Assembly (NCBI GenBank): GCA_964459895.1
Contig: CAYWOK010000001.1
Location: 1 to 51,562, forward strand
DNA from: an uncultured Candidatus Izemoplasmatales bacterium
Lineage (GTDB): Bacteria; Bacillota_I; Bacilli_A; Izemoplasmatales; Hujiaoplasmataceae
Length of the DNA stretch: 51,562 nucleotides
Direction of reading: 5' to 3'
Of this stretch, positions 51,156-51,562 are shown piece after piece. Below the pieces are notes generated by a model. The model saw only the letters and a program-made list of their open reading frames with translations. It was not told the DNA's origin and did not search any database. A program made the position numbers and the translations under genes. Every line of letters starts with the position of its first letter. The stretch's first letter is position 1.

Positions 51156-51562
51156 ATGGACTATCTATTTATATATATCTCTCTGGCGATCATGATCCTG
51201 TTGCTAGTGTTCAGCTATGTGATGTACCATAAATTCCGGATTTGGAAATTGGTTTTGCTTCTTTTGATGGCGGTCATTTTCGGAATTATGAAATTATTTC
51301 CGCAATGGATATCATTTATGGCCTTGGCTGATGCAAAATTTTATTATGAATACATGCTTTTTGCCTCGGTAATTGTTCTGGCAATCACTTTCAAAAGAAA
51401 AATCAGGATCACTGAGAATTTGACTGACTATGATTTCTTCGAACTGGAAAAAGAACTGGAAGAAACTAAGACAAACTCCGACTTATTGCGCCTAAGATAT
51501 ATTGCGACCATCGGTCTGATCTCCGAAGGCTTGATTTTTTACAACGAAGAAGCGAATGGACT
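51156..51562 (+). CDS. N-terminal part of a membrane-anchored protein (3 TM helices, coiled segment, start of a PAS-like domain), truncated by the window edge
   Basis: ATG at 51156 after SD AGAAGGGA, open to the end of the window. Translation: MDYLFIYISLAIMILLLVF...KLVLLLLMAVIFG...MLFASVIVLAITF...FELEKELEETKTNSDLLRLRYIATIGLISEGLIFYNEEANG. Confidence 0.5.
   Translation, partial: MDYLFIYISLAIMILLLVFSYVMYHKFRIWKLVLLLLMAVIFGIMKLFPQWISFMALADAKFYYEYMLFASVIVLAITFKRKIRITENLTDYDFFELEKELEETKTNSDLLRLRYIATIGLISEGLIFYNEEANG

Overview
AT-rich, densely coding chromosomal window (about 47 CDS) that spans the replication origin of a low-GC Firmicutes/Tenericutes-type genome. It reads with the standard code: tyrA, aroQ, yaaA and rnmV all end in TGA inside ATGA overlaps. 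Layout, left to right: (1) a minus-strand purine/folate block: flavin-reductase-like gene, folD, purB, punA. (2) A complete, tightly overlapped shikimate/tyrosine operon: tyrA, aroA, aroB, aroC, an aroE-aroK fusion, aroQ and a DAHP synthase. (3) Minus-strand aminotransferase, purA, an FAD protein, dnaN and dnaA. (4) oriC, with six DnaA boxes. (5) A long plus-strand run: rpmH, rnpA, yidC, jag, pth, SDR, mfd, yaaA, recF, gyrB, gyrA, serS. (6) Housekeeping genes: HIT, HAD, dagK, rnmV, rsmA, glyA, an ANTAR regulator, glnA, hslO, dusB, hflX. (7) A more accessory-looking right end: a YfhO-like GT-C membrane protein, a GT2 polyprenol-phosphate glycosyltransferase, a GtrA-like protein, cdaA, a 783-792 aa multidomain membrane protein, and a truncated membrane sensor. 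I saw no tRNA, rRNA, CRISPR array, IS element, integrase, prophage or recognisable defence system. Most of the window is ordinary core genome. The least explained items are the CrtI-like/SCP2-like/polytopic-membrane fusion protein next to cdaA, the glycosylation module linked to cdaA, the pseudo-receiver ANTAR regulator with the odd glnA 5' region, and the rearranged origin synteny. Several genes appear to use TTG starts behind good Shine-Dalgarno sequences (rnpA, purA, hslO, gtrA-like, possibly the 783-aa gene). Two genes show leaderless-like geometry (TATAAT, 5 nt, then ATG). All functional calls come from reading motifs in the supplied translations. No database search was run.
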